From Candidatus Microgenomates bacterium (GTDB lineage: Bacteria > Patescibacteriota > Microgenomatia > Daviesbacterales > UBA10151), in NCBI GenBank assembly GCA_016182045.1, contig JACOYE010000008.1, positions 64,502-128,501 on the forward strand: DNA of 64,000 nt, written 5' to 3'. The translations under genes were made by a program, and so were the position numbers. Below the pieces are notes generated by a model. It was given only the letters and a program-made list of their open reading frames with translations. It was not told the DNA's origin and searched no databases. Shown here piece after piece: positions 19,290-28,645 of the stretch. The stretch's first letter is position 1. Every line of letters starts with the position of its first letter.

Positions 19290-21164
19290 TTATTCCCCTA
19301 AACTCCTTCCAGAATCTGTAGCCTGAGGATAGATATCCTTAATTAAATTATTTTTATCCTCGGAAAGATACCATCTTAAAGCTTCTTTTACTATTGGCGC
19401 TGCAACAGATGATCCTTCTCCTCCTCCCTCTATTAAAACCGTCATGACAATTTTGGGATCATCGACCGGAGCAAAAGAGGTGTACCAAGCATGAGTTCTA
19501 TCTTTAGGATCACCATATTCTGCAGTTCCTGTTTTACCGGCTGTTTCTATTGGGAAAGTAAAAAAGGGCCAGGCCGTTCCCCCTGATTTTGCAGCTTCTT
19601 TTAAACCTTCTTTAATGACAGACACATCACTCTTGGGGACAATACCCTTAAGCAGTATCTGGGGTTTAAACTCTTTTAAAACTTTTCCTCCGCTTTCTAC
19701 CCTTTTTAAAAGCTGCGGCTTAAAAAGTGAACCATCAGCCGAAACAAAGGATGTTACACCTAATATTTGTAAGGGGGTTGTCAGAATAAATCCCTGACCG
19801 ATACTAAGATGCAAGGTATCTCCGGGATACCAGGGTAGATTAAGTGCTTTTTGTTTCCAAGCTTCATCCGGCACTAAGCCGGTCTCCTCACCCGGCAAAT
19901 CTATCCCCATTGTTTGCCCCAGTAATAATTTCTTAGACCAATCAATCAAACCTTGCTCACCTATGGTCTGACCGACTCTATAAAAGTAGGTATCATTGGA
20001 ACGTTTCAAAGCTTTAATCAAATTAACTAACCCTTCAGTTTTACCATACTGATTAAAGTACCAATTGGAAAATCTGAAAGTTCCCAGATAAATTACCCCG
20101 CTGTCTTCAAAAACTGTTTGGGGGGTAATCTTACCGGAGGATAAAGCAGCCAAGGCAGAAACTATCTTAAAAGTAGATCCGGGAGGATATGTCCCTGCTA
20201 TGGCTCTATTTAAAATTGGAGAATTAGGATGAGAAAAAATTCTATTTATTTCTCCCTCATCTATTCCCCTGGTAAATAAATTAGGATCAAAGGTGGGAAA
20301 AGATAGCAATGCCAAAATCTGACCACTGGCTGGTTCCATAGCCACAACAGCCCCACAACAGCTATTAACCTTAATCAGTGTTTCCAGGGTTTTTTGGTAG
20401 ACTTTATCTTGCAGATCGGCATCAATCGCCAGATAAATATTTTGTCCTGAAATAGGGGGTGTCTTGCGAAGGGTTCTAATTTTCACCCCTTTAGAATCTA
20501 CCTCTATAATTTCTCCTCCATCTGCACCTCTTAGCAAACTTTCATATTGAGCTTCTATGCCGGAGAGACCTATTCTGTCTCCCATCCTATATCCTTTAAA
20601 CTGTCCACTTTTCAGTTGATCTTGAGAGATTTCTCCCACGTATCCTAAAATATGAGCTGTTTTCTCCCCCATCGGATAATTTCTGACACTGTCTATCTCC
20701 AGACTTTGAGCTCTGGGATCATCGTTAACCTCAAACTCCAAGGCCTCCTCTCTGGAAATGAGCTTAGCCCTCTGAGTAGTCTCATCAAATAATCTAAAGG
20801 CCGGCGAATTGGCAGCCAATATTTTTCCATTGCGATCAAAAATGACTCCTCTAGGTGCATGAATTACTTTCACCCCAATCCTGTTACCATCAGCCAGTTC
20901 CCGGTTATCTTTACCTTTGACTATTTGTAAATGGAAAAGGCGCATTAAAATAATGGCAAAAATTACCAAACATACACTCAGTATTAAGATCGTTCTAAAA
21001 GGGGAAGACACAAGCTTTGTCTGTTTAAATTCACTCCCAAAATTAGGCAGCAGGTAATCTGTCCAATTACTATCTTCATTTTTATTTTTTACCTTTTTGC
21101 TGGGGAAGCTAACTTTGGCTAGTTCATCCCGGAAAGCATAACCTAACGATTTTTTTCGGACCAT
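19290..21164 (-). CDS. mrdA: penicillin-binding protein 2
   Basis: PPGSTFK, SND, KTGTA; adjacent to mreCD. Confidence 0.93.
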   Translation of the reverse strand: MVRKKSLGYAFRDELAKVSFPSKKVKNKNEDSNWTDYLLPNFGSEFKQTKLVSSPFRTILILSVCLVIFAIILMRLFHLQIVKGKDNRELADGNRIGVKVIHAPRGVIFDRNGKILAANSPAFRLFDETTQRAKLISREEALEFEVNDDPRAQSLEIDSVRNYPMGEKTAHILGYVGEISQDQLKSGQFKGYRMGDRIGLSGIEAQYESLLRGADGGEIIEVDSKGVKIRTLRKTPPISGQNIYLAIDADLQDKVYQKTLETLIKVNSCCGAVVAMEPASGQILALLSFPTFDPNLFTRGIDEGEINRIFSHPNSPILNRAIAGTYPPGSTFKIVSALAALSSGKITPQTVFEDSGVIYLGTFRFSNWYFNQYGKTEGLVNLIKALKRSNDTYFYRVGQTIGEQGLIDWSKKLLLGQTMGIDLPGEETGLVPDEAWKQKALNLPWYPGDTLHLSIGQGFILTTPLQILGVTSFVSADGSLFKPQLLKRVESGGKVLKEFKPQILLKGIVPKSDVSVIKEGLKEAAKSGGTAWPFFTFPIETAGKTGTAEYGDPKDRTHAWYTSFAPVDDPKIVMTVLIEGGGEGSSVAAPIVKEALRWYLSEDKNNLIKDIYPQATDSGRSLGE

Positions 21165-21168
21165 ATAA

Positions 21169-21615
21169 TTAAACCTTAAGCTTTATATCCTTTCTGGCAA
21201 CAAATCTTTCTTCCCATATTCTGACCAAATATAAAATGGGTAAAGAAAGCAGACTTTCCAGCAAAACTTGTGGCATCAATTCAAAAGAGTGCTGAGTAAT
21301 TAACCAAACTGTTGCCTTATTTAAAGAAAGCAAAATAAAGCTTATCGGCACTATTGTCAAATAATTTGTGGCAAAGGGCGATCTTGATAAACCTTGAGTT
21401 ATTTGAACAATTAATAAATAAACTACACTTTGAAGACCCAAAGGATCAAGATTGAGGTGAGAAATAAATAACCCGAATGTAAACGCCAAATAAAGATTTG
21501 ATTTTTCGGCTTTGATATAGGCGCGGCAAATTAGAATTATTAAAACCAGATTAATGGGCAATATGGTTGATTGCAAAAAAGAGGCTAATATTAAGATGGC
21601 GATTAGGGTCTTCAT
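21169..21615 (-). CDS. mreD: rod shape protein MreD-like
   Basis: Hydrophobic, between mreC and mrdA. Confidence 0.7.
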   Translation of the reverse strand: MKTLIAILILASFLQSTILPINLVLIILICRAYIKAEKSNLYLAFTFGLFISHLNLDPLGLQSVVYLLIVQITQGLSRSPFATNYLTIVPISFILLSLNKATVWLITQHSFELMPQVLLESLLSLPILYLVRIWEERFVARKDIKLKV

Positions 21616-21621
21616 GCTATT

Positions 21622-22410
21622 CTATTCGATAATCACAAATACCAATTCTAAATCTCTTATATCAAAAACCGCCCCAACTTTAGCTTGTTTAAAAACCTCA
21701 TTTTCTCGTTCCAAAACCTCTGTCACGCTACCCAAAATTAGTCCTCTTGGTAAATACCCCTCCGTCCCTTCTGTATAGACTAAATCACCCACTTTGATAT
21801 TTTCCTCATGCAAGATTTTATCCAATAAAAGTTCCAATCCAAACTGGCCTACCAGTATCCCTTTTGCCCTGCCTTCCAACCCTTGGGAAAAAGCTGCCAC
21901 TTTAGAGTCGGGATCAGCCAGAAGTTGGATACTGGCACCATTTTGTGAAACTTGAAAGATCCTACCAATATAGTTATCTTTAAAAACAACCGCCTGACCA
22001 ATCTTTATCCCGGAAGATAAACCCTTGTCAATTTTTAAATACCTTCCCAAACCGATTGGCCGGGCCGGCAATAAATTATAAGTTTTGGGGTCTATGACCT
22101 GCTGCTGTGACAGTAATGCCTCTATTTCTGCCAATTTTTTTCTTAAAGTGGCATTCTCGGAAATTAACTGTCCAATCTGTTCTTTTAAAGCTGAGTTTTG
22201 CTGGGCGGCAAACCTGGCGGAAAAGATAAAGTAAAATTGTTTACCTACCAGCTGGCTATTTCTATAAAGACCAAATGAGATGGGATTAGTAATATAAAAG
22301 GTCACTGCTTTAGGCCAGTTTAAAAATTGCCAGCCATCTAAAGCCAAAATTAATAAACTTAGAAGCGTAAGAGTCAGAAATGCTTGTAAATTAGGAAGAA
22401 TTTTACTCAT
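21622..22410 (-). CDS. mreC: rod shape-determining protein MreC
   Basis: TM + coiled coil, IDKG, PRGLILGSV. Confidence 0.9.
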   Translation of the reverse strand: MSKILPNLQAFLTLTLLSLLILALDGWQFLNWPKAVTFYITNPISFGLYRNSQLVGKQFYFIFSARFAAQQNSALKEQIGQLISENATLRKKLAEIEALLSQQQVIDPKTYNLLPARPIGLGRYLKIDKGLSSGIKIGQAVVFKDNYIGRIFQVSQNGASIQLLADPDSKVAAFSQGLEGRAKGILVGQFGLELLLDKILHEENIKVGDLVYTEGTEGYLPRGLILGSVTEVLERENEVFKQAKVGAVFDIRDLELVFVIIE

Positions 22411-22475
22411 TATTAGGCTAATTTATACCACACTATTGAAATAATTTCCCCCACAAGTTATATTCTATTAAACTT

Positions 22476-23231
22476 ATGTCCAACACCTTTTTAGACAAAT
22501 TAACTCTCAAATGGAAAGACGGTAAATTTGTCTGTGTGGGATTGGACTCGGCTGATCTGAAACTTAATAAATCTGTTATTGATCAAACTTTTGATTTAGT
22601 TTGCGCTTATAAACCTAACTCTGCATTTTATGAGGCAGCCGGTGCAAAGGGTTGGGAATCCCTTAAACAAACCATTAATTATGTTCATCAAAAAGATTCC
22701 TCTATCCCTGTAATTTTGGATGCTAAAAGAGGCGATATTGGTAATACTAATGAGGAATATACGAAAGCCGCATTTGATGGTCTGGGAGTTGATGCTGTAA
22801 CTGTTCATCCATATCTTGGCAAAGAATCCTTGGAGCCTTTCTTGAAAAGATCGGACCGCGGGGTTTTGGTGCTGGTTAAAACATCCAATCCCGGTGCAGG
22901 TGAATTTCAGGATCTTAAGATTGAGGGAAAACCATTATATCAAGTTGTGGCTGAGCATGTTAAGAGTTGGAATACTAATAATAATGTAGGGGTAGTTGTA
23001 GGCGCAACTTATCCTGAAGAGCTAAAAAAGGCCAGGGAAATTGTTGGGGATATGCCAATCTTAATTCCCGGAATAGGCGCGCAAGGTGGAGAGGTTAATA
23101 TGCTTAAAAATGGATTGGACAGCAATAGGGCAGGAATTATTGTTTCATCCTCCAGGGCAATAATCCTTGCAGATAACCCAAGGGGTGCTACGCTTAAACT
23201 GCACCAGCAAATTCAGGAGGCGCTAAAATGA
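22476..23231 (+). CDS. pyrF: orotidine-5'-phosphate decarboxylase
   Basis: DAKRGDIGNT, KTSNPG, VVGAT, PGIGAQGG. Confidence 0.95.
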   Translation: MSNTFLDKLTLKWKDGKFVCVGLDSADLKLNKSVIDQTFDLVCAYKPNSAFYEAAGAKGWESLKQTINYVHQKDSSIPVILDAKRGDIGNTNEEYTKAAFDGLGVDAVTVHPYLGKESLEPFLKRSDRGVLVLVKTSNPGAGEFQDLKIEGKPLYQVVAEHVKSWNTNNNVGVVVGATYPEELKKAREIVGDMPILIPGIGAQGGEVNMLKNGLDSNRAGIIVSSSRAIILADNPRGATLKLHQQIQEALK

Positions 23232-23872
23232 ATACTTCAGAACAGGTTGCCAAAATTCTTCTTGAGTTAAATGCAATTACCCTACGTCCCCAAAAACCAT
23301 TTAGATATGCTTCAGGTATTTTAAGTCCTGTTTATACTGACTGTAGGGTATTAATGGCTTATCCTGATAAAAGGAGACAGATTACGGATTTATATATAGA
23401 TACTATCCAAAAATCCAAAGTGCAATTTGAGGTGGTGGCGGGGACTGCCACAGCCGGCATACCCCACGCCGCCTGGATTGCTGATAAGTTAAATTTACCC
23501 ATGGTATATGTCAGGGGGAAAGCTAAAGACCACGGTAAGGAAAATTTAATGGAGGGAATCATCAAGTTTGGACAAAAAGCCATTGTGATTGAGGATTTGG
23601 TGTCCACAGGTGAAAGCGCCATTAATAGTGTTAATGCTATAAGAGCAGCTGGAGGAGAAATTTCCCATGTTTTTTCCATCATCACATATGGGATGAAAAT
23701 TGCTGAGCAAAATTTTAAGAATAATGGTCTAAAATTAGTCTCTTTAACTAATTTTGGGGATGTGGTAAAAATTGCTCAAAAGATGAACTATATAAATAAG
23801 GAAGAAATGGCCACTGTTTTGCAGTGGACCAAAGATCCACCTTCCTGGGGTAAACGCATGGGATTTGAATGA
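23228..23872 (+). CDS. pyrE: orotate phosphoribosyltransferase
   Basis: SPVYTDCR, VIEDLVSTGES PRPP motif. Confidence 0.95.
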   Translation: MNTSEQVAKILLELNAITLRPQKPFRYASGILSPVYTDCRVLMAYPDKRRQITDLYIDTIQKSKVQFEVVAGTATAGIPHAAWIADKLNLPMVYVRGKAKDHGKENLMEGIIKFGQKAIVIEDLVSTGESAINSVNAIRAAGGEISHVFSIITYGMKIAEQNFKNNGLKLVSLTNFGDVVKIAQKMNYINKEEMATVLQWTKDPPSWGKRMGFE

Positions 23873-24105
23873 TTAAGGTTTTTAGAAAACTAAATCTTGA
23901 TAAAGATGAGCTAGGAGCACTATCTAAATTCATGGTTGATGTAGCAAAGGGTATTTTAGGTGCTCCTCTTATTATTTATCTGGTTTCTGGTTTTTCACTA
24001 CTTGTTTTATTGATCATATTTTTGATAGACTTAGCAGTAGTCACTTTATTTTTAATTGGAGCATTGCAGATCCATCGAGTAGCTAAAAGGAGGTCACATG
24101 GATGA
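23869..24105 (+). CDS. small 2-TM membrane protein
   Basis: ORF overlapping pyrE stop; hydrophobic. Confidence 0.65.
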   Translation: MIKVFRKLNLDKDELGALSKFMVDVAKGILGAPLIIYLVSGFSLLVLLIIFLIDLAVVTLFLIGALQIHRVAKRRSHG

Positions 24106-24247
24106 AAAAACTTTAGGAGCAATAATGATTGCTGTTGTATATCCTCTCATGATTTTGTCAGTTGCCTGGGGATTTATTTTACTTCTTCAATGGTCTGAAA
24201 AATCTAGACGTTCTTCAAAAAGAGTTGAGCACAGAATAAGAAAATAA
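24098..24247 (+). CDS. 49-aa single-TM protein with basic tail (not in ORF track)
   Basis: MDEKTLGAIMIAVVYPLMILSVAWGFILLLQWSEKSRRSSKRVEHRIRK; AAGGAGG SD upstream. Confidence 0.65.
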   Translation: MDEKTLGAIMIAVVYPLMILSVAWGFILLLQWSEKSRRSSKRVEHRIRK

Positions 24248-24254
24248 TACCCAT

Positions 24255-25337
24255 CTATAGCTTAGCTTTTATTTCCTGAGCCAAATTTGGATTCCACATA
24301 GCGCCTGTTGCTGATTGGACTATATCTGCTCCCGCTCTTCTATATTCAAAATAATCCTCAGGTGTCATCACCCCTCCTACTCCCACAATGGCAAAATCAC
24401 TGTTCAATTTTTCTCTGATTATTTTCAACCTTTTTACCATATCCAACCCTGCCCACTTAATCCCTGCCCCACAAATACCAGCAGATAATCTCCCTGGACC
24501 GGGTAAGGCTTGTTCTCCCCTTTCATTAACCACTGGACTGGGAATAGTGTTGATGGCAGAAATACCATCAACGTACTGAGCTATTCTTTTTATAATATCT
24601 TCTAATAAATCCTGTTGAGCGGAGGAAAAGTAACCCATTTTTGCCAAAAGTTTAGTATCTCCCAATACTTTTCTGACCTTTTTACAAATGCTCTCCACTG
24701 CCTCTTTTGAATAACACAAAATACCTTCTGAGGCCACATTTGGACAAGATAAATTAACCTCAATTACTTTTACTCCAGTCTCTTTGGCTAATTTTGCTGC
24801 AAGAGCAAAATCATCATAATAATCTTCAGCACTAAATCCCTCTTTAATGGTTCCCACAACAGAGGCTATTAAAAGCTGTCCCTTGCCTTCGGCTTCAACT
24901 GCCTTTTTCATATCTTCTTGCCAAATACTAGCATCTGGTGAAGGATTACCAAAAGAGTTGGTAATACTAATCTTTAATAAACTATCTGGAGCCTTTAAGC
25001 TTGCCTTAAGAGGCTTTTTAGTTTTTTCCAAAGTTAAATCACCCTCAGTTTCCACAAATAAAACATTAGGCCAATCATTTACCGGAAATTTAACAGACCT
25101 TCTGGTTTTATAATGAATCACATCAAAACATTTTTCAAAAGCAGCCTTACAAAATTTGGAATTTAAAAGAGGGCCTGAAGGAATTCCAAAAGGGGTATGT
25201 ATTTTAAAACCTAAAAAATCATACTGAGGTTCACCAACTTCCCTTAAATCTTTTCCGTCTGCAAAAGATCCATATGGCCCCTGATCATAATTCTCTTCAT
25301 AGCTCTTTGTTGGATCGTAAAAAGGCGTCTTTAACAT
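24255..25337 (-). CDS. pyrD: dihydroorotate dehydrogenase-family protein
   Basis: EVNLSCPN, AINT, GVGGV; near pyrEF. Confidence 0.8.
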   Translation of the reverse strand: MLKTPFYDPTKSYEENYDQGPYGSFADGKDLREVGEPQYDFLGFKIHTPFGIPSGPLLNSKFCKAAFEKCFDVIHYKTRRSVKFPVNDWPNVLFVETEGDLTLEKTKKPLKASLKAPDSLLKISITNSFGNPSPDASIWQEDMKKAVEAEGKGQLLIASVVGTIKEGFSAEDYYDDFALAAKLAKETGVKVIEVNLSCPNVASEGILCYSKEAVESICKKVRKVLGDTKLLAKMGYFSSAQQDLLEDIIKRIAQYVDGISAINTIPSPVVNERGEQALPGPGRLSAGICGAGIKWAGLDMVKRLKIIREKLNSDFAIVGVGGVMTPEDYFEYRRAGADIVQSATGAMWNPNLAQEIKAKL

Positions 25338-25972
25338 CAGGAGTATTTTAGCACTTTTAATAATTCTTCTAAATCATCAATTACAAAATCAGGATTGCTC
25401 TTGGCAATATTTTTTCCACCAAAACCATAAGTTACCCCCACGGTTTTAACACCTGCATTTTTACCCATTTCTATATCTGCTGTAGCGTCACCCACCATCA
25501 AGGCATTGTCAGGTTTAATATTTAATTTCTTTAAAGCTATAATCACTCCTTCAGGATGAGGTTTAGGATTTGAGACTTGATCACCGGTAACAATAACATC
25601 AAATAAATCCTCATTCATCCCTGAGGCCTTTAAGGTCTTTGAGGTATTTTTCATTCTACTGGTGACAACACCAATTTTAAAACCTAAATTTTTTAATTTT
25701 CTTATGACAGAAATAATAGAGGGGAAACTTTTTATCAAATGAAAACGTTCTTCCTGAAAACTGATATGTGTATCAACTAAACTCTTGTGGTCACCTTTTG
25801 GTGCTATAGTTTGATAAATCACTTCCAACCCATGTCCAATCAATGGAGCCAATGCTTCTCTTTTTACAACTTCGAGTTTGTGAAAGGACAAGGCATATTC
25901 ATAAGCCTGATATATAAATTCAGCCGTATCAACCAAAGTTCCGTCTAGATCAAAAAGGACAGCCTTTTTCAT
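25337..25972 (-). CDS. HAD-superfamily hydrolase (PpaX/Gph-like)
   Basis: FDLDGTLVDT, KPHPE, VGDATAD. Confidence 0.9.
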   Translation of the reverse strand: MKKAVLFDLDGTLVDTAEFIYQAYEYALSFHKLEVVKREALAPLIGHGLEVIYQTIAPKGDHKSLVDTHISFQEERFHLIKSFPSIISVIRKLKNLGFKIGVVTSRMKNTSKTLKASGMNEDLFDVIVTGDQVSNPKPHPEGVIIALKKLNIKPDNALMVGDATADIEMGKNAGVKTVGVTYGFGGKNIAKSNPDFVIDDLEELLKVLKYS

Positions 25973-25988
25973 TTTTTAGTATGCATCT

Positions 25989-26149
25989 TTAACCATTTTG
26001 TTTTAAGAATTCATATAAAACAGCCAGAGCAGTTCTTTTATTACCATCTAAGAACGGATGGTTTAATATCATAGAATGAAAAAGTCCTTAATAATCTTCT
26101 GCTGGTAGAAAATTGCTTGCTCTGCGGTTACATATTTTACCTTATTCAT
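25989..26149 (-). pseudogene. Fic/Doc toxin remnant (internal deletion, frameshift)
   Basis: MNKVKYVTAEQAIFYQQKII, then in another frame LFHSMILNHPFLDGNKRTALA. Confidence 0.8.
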
Positions 26150-26240
26150 CTTTTGGCAAGCTCCTTAAGAACCGGCCTATACTCTTTGATAAATTCCTCG
26201 ACAGAAACAACAAACTCAGGAGTGATACCGGAGGATTTTT
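26146..26240 (-). pseudogene. C-terminal remnant of the antitoxin paired with Doc
   Basis: ...ITPEFVVSVEEFIKEYRPVLKELAKR*, stop overlaps Doc ATG; no start codon. Confidence 0.6.
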
Positions 26241-26257
26241 CACCGCCTTTCTTTTAT

Positions 26258-26311
26258 GTTATAATCGTTTACGATTACATCGTTCACTTCTTGTAACGTG
26301 AACGTTATAAC
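26258..26311. repeat. structured repeat element, copy 1
   Basis: Homologous to 59278-59334; two hairpins between GTTATAA repeats. Confidence 0.8.
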
Positions 26312-26335
26312 ATAATTATAATACATTTAGAGACT

Positions 26336-27397
26336 TCACCTCAACCCTCCTGTTACCTTAACTTTAGAAAGAAGATCCAAATTCTCCAATACCTCCCCAC
26401 AGCCTCTGACCACAGTTGTGAGCGGATCATCCGCCAAATAAACCGGGATCTTTGTTTCCTCTGCCACCTTTTTATCCAAACCCCCAAGGAGTGCTCCCCC
26501 CCCTGCTAAAAATATTCCCCTCTCCACTATATCTGTTAACAACTCAGGAGGAGTTTCTTCTAAAACTTCTTGGATAACTTGGACAATTTGTGTAACTGTG
26601 GGAGTTAAAGCTTCTCTTATTTCATTAGCCGATACTTTGATGGATTTAGGCAAGCCCGATGCCAAATCACGGCCACGGATAACTGTGGCCATATCATCTT
26701 TACCGTTTAAAGGATAAGCAGAACCAATTTCTATCTTGACCTCCTCGGCAGTTTTTTCCCCAATTAACATGCCATAGCGGGTCCTCATATAATTTACGAT
26801 ATCCTCATCTAACTCATCCCCGGCCACCCTTAAGGATCTATTGATTACCATTCCACCCAAGGAAATGACAGCTATCTCACAAGTGCCTCCTCCGATATCT
26901 ACAATCATCACTCCTTCCGGATCTTCAACCGGAAGGTTGGCTCCTATGGCTGCGGCCATCGGTTCTTCAATCAAAAAAGCCTGCCTGGCACCGGCCACCA
27001 AACAAGCATCCTGAACAGCTCTTCTTTCTACTTCTGTCACCCCTGAGGGAATTCCCACCACCACCCGAGGCTTGGGGATTTTTGGCATGAAGAATCCCCC
27101 TGAGGGTGTTTGATGAACTTTATGGATAAAATAACGGAGCATAGCCTCAGTTGTATCAAAATCGGAAATGACCCCATCTCTTAAAGGTCTGACAGTCTCA
27201 ATGGCAGCTGGGGTTCTTCCCAGCATTCTTTTGGCCTCCCCTCCTATGGCCAGGATCTGTCTGGTTTTTTTATGGAGGGCCACCACAGTCGGTTCTCTGA
27301 TGATAATCCCCTTGCCTTTAACTAAAACTAGGGTATTAACTGTGCCTAAATCTATTCCTATATCATGTGTGAAATATTTCCAAAAGGGGCCTAACAT
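26336..27397 (-). CDS. mreB: rod shape-determining protein MreB
   Basis: IDLGTVNT, IEEPMAAAIG, DIGGGT. Confidence 0.96.
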   Translation of the reverse strand: MLGPFWKYFTHDIGIDLGTVNTLVLVKGKGIIIREPTVVALHKKTRQILAIGGEAKRMLGRTPAAIETVRPLRDGVISDFDTTEAMLRYFIHKVHQTPSGGFFMPKIPKPRVVVGIPSGVTEVERRAVQDACLVAGARQAFLIEEPMAAAIGANLPVEDPEGVMIVDIGGGTCEIAVISLGGMVINRSLRVAGDELDEDIVNYMRTRYGMLIGEKTAEEVKIEIGSAYPLNGKDDMATVIRGRDLASGLPKSIKVSANEIREALTPTVTQIVQVIQEVLEETPPELLTDIVERGIFLAGGGALLGGLDKKVAEETKIPVYLADDPLTTVVRGCGEVLENLDLLSKVKVTGGLR

Positions 27398-27498
27398 GAG
27401 GGAAGTTTAACATAAGAACTTGTCTATCCACAATAACTTACATAGATTTTTAAGATAGTAGGTGATAAAATTTCCTAAGTTTATTTTACAACTATATA

Positions 27499-28077
27499 AT
27501 GAGTAGCCCAGAGAGAAAGGTCATACAGGTAACAAAATTTCTTGCTCAAGAAACTGGCGACATTAGGGGCAAGTTAACCTGCTATCCCACTTCAATAGTC
27601 AATGCTGCTATTGCATTAGAAGTGGTGACTACTGAAGAAGCTCGGATAGCCCACACGGAAATTATTAACCAATTAATAACTATTCCAGACCTTTGGAATG
27701 GTCCAGTGCAAATAATCCGAGCACAGGATACAAGAATTGCAGATATAATTGAAAACTATTTACCGATTAGACTAGGTGTTGATGATTCAGAAATTGGGCG
27801 TTTGATGAACGTCCCAAGAACATATACTCAAATCTATCAGAACCTTCTTGAAAGAAGACAAGCGCATGTAATAATAGTTCCCGATAGGGCTCATGCTTAT
27901 GCAGTTATCGGGGCTAGACAAGAAGGCTTAGCATATATTGACCCGTTTGATCCCTATACAATTCATGTCGGTTCTGAGGAGTGGTTTAAGAAAAATTTTC
28001 AACCAGACAACGATGGATGTTTTGGTACCACTCCTGTCCGGCAACGAGTTAGGGTATTAGGTGTTTATGAGACATGA
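27499..28077 (+). CDS. putative papain-fold (C39-like) peptidase
   Basis: TCYPTS, AHAYAVIG, YIDP: Cys-His-Asp order. Confidence 0.55.
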   Translation: MSSPERKVIQVTKFLAQETGDIRGKLTCYPTSIVNAAIALEVVTTEEARIAHTEIINQLITIPDLWNGPVQIIRAQDTRIADIIENYLPIRLGVDDSEIGRLMNVPRTYTQIYQNLLERRQAHVIIVPDRAHAYAVIGARQEGLAYIDPFDPYTIHVGSEEWFKKNFQPDNDGCFGTTPVRQRVRVLGVYET

Positions 28078-28079
28078 GG

Positions 28080-28109
28080 ATACATTTTTACGACGGCCGT
28101 CAAATAATG
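28080..28109. repeat. 30-bp direct repeat, downstream of PaaX-like gene 2
   Basis: ATACATTTTTACGACGGCCGTCAAATAATG, identical to 28616-28645. Confidence 0.95.
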
Positions 28110-28110
28110 A

Positions 28111-28614
28111 CTAGCGTCCGACATTATCTGATTCTAAAACAATTACCCAATCCTCTATTCCCACACTTTTTATAAATTCCCTTAAAACTTTTGTACAGTT
28201 TTTCTTAGTTGCCCAAACACTTTGTTGCCAATGAATAAAACCCCACTTCTTGAGGCTATCCCTCAATAAATTTCTTGCCTGTCTTCTTTTCTCAGGAACA
28301 TCAAATATGACTAGTCTCCACTTTCCATCCCACTTCTCATCTGACAGCTTAATACTTTCCCAAATAGCCTTTTGTCTTCCGTGATCTGTCAGCCGATATG
28401 CCAATTTTTCATCGCTGACAAAATCAATCATTCCTCTTTCCCTTAATCTTTTAACAGCCTGAGCAAGTGAGGCTTTTTTTAATGGTCTATCCCAACCAGC
28501 ACCCCATGCATAGGAGTATGAATGGTGGATTAAATCATCATATCTTACATATCCATCTATAGATTTTTCTAATGTAAGAAGAATAAACTTGGCGATACTA
28601 TTTTTTGTCCCCAT
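28111..28614 (-). CDS. PaaX-family regulator (wHTH + Cas2-like central domain), paralog 2
   Basis: WDGKWRLVIFDVPEKRR, GFIHWQQSVW; same length and clearly similar to 18742-19245. Confidence 0.85.
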   Translation of the reverse strand: MGTKNSIAKFILLTLEKSIDGYVRYDDLIHHSYSYAWGAGWDRPLKKASLAQAVKRLRERGMIDFVSDEKLAYRLTDHGRQKAIWESIKLSDEKWDGKWRLVIFDVPEKRRQARNLLRDSLKKWGFIHWQQSVWATKKNCTKVLREFIKSVGIEDWVIVLESDNVGR

Positions 28615-28615
28615 A

Positions 28616-28645
28616 ATACATTTTTACGACGGCCGTCAAATAATG
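28616..28645. repeat. 30-bp direct repeat/operator upstream of PaaX-like gene 2
   Basis: Identical to 28080-28109; core palindrome GACGGCCGTC; overlaps TTGACA (minus, 28649-28644). Confidence 0.95.

Noticed and set aside
26113-26301. 62-aa plus-strand ORF
   Set aside because: Antisense to the antitoxin-Doc relic and overlaps the structured element.
18742-28645. CRISPR-Cas locus (Cas2-like proteins, 30-bp repeats)
   Set aside because: Only two repeat copies separated by a whole gene; no spacer array, cas1 or effector genes.
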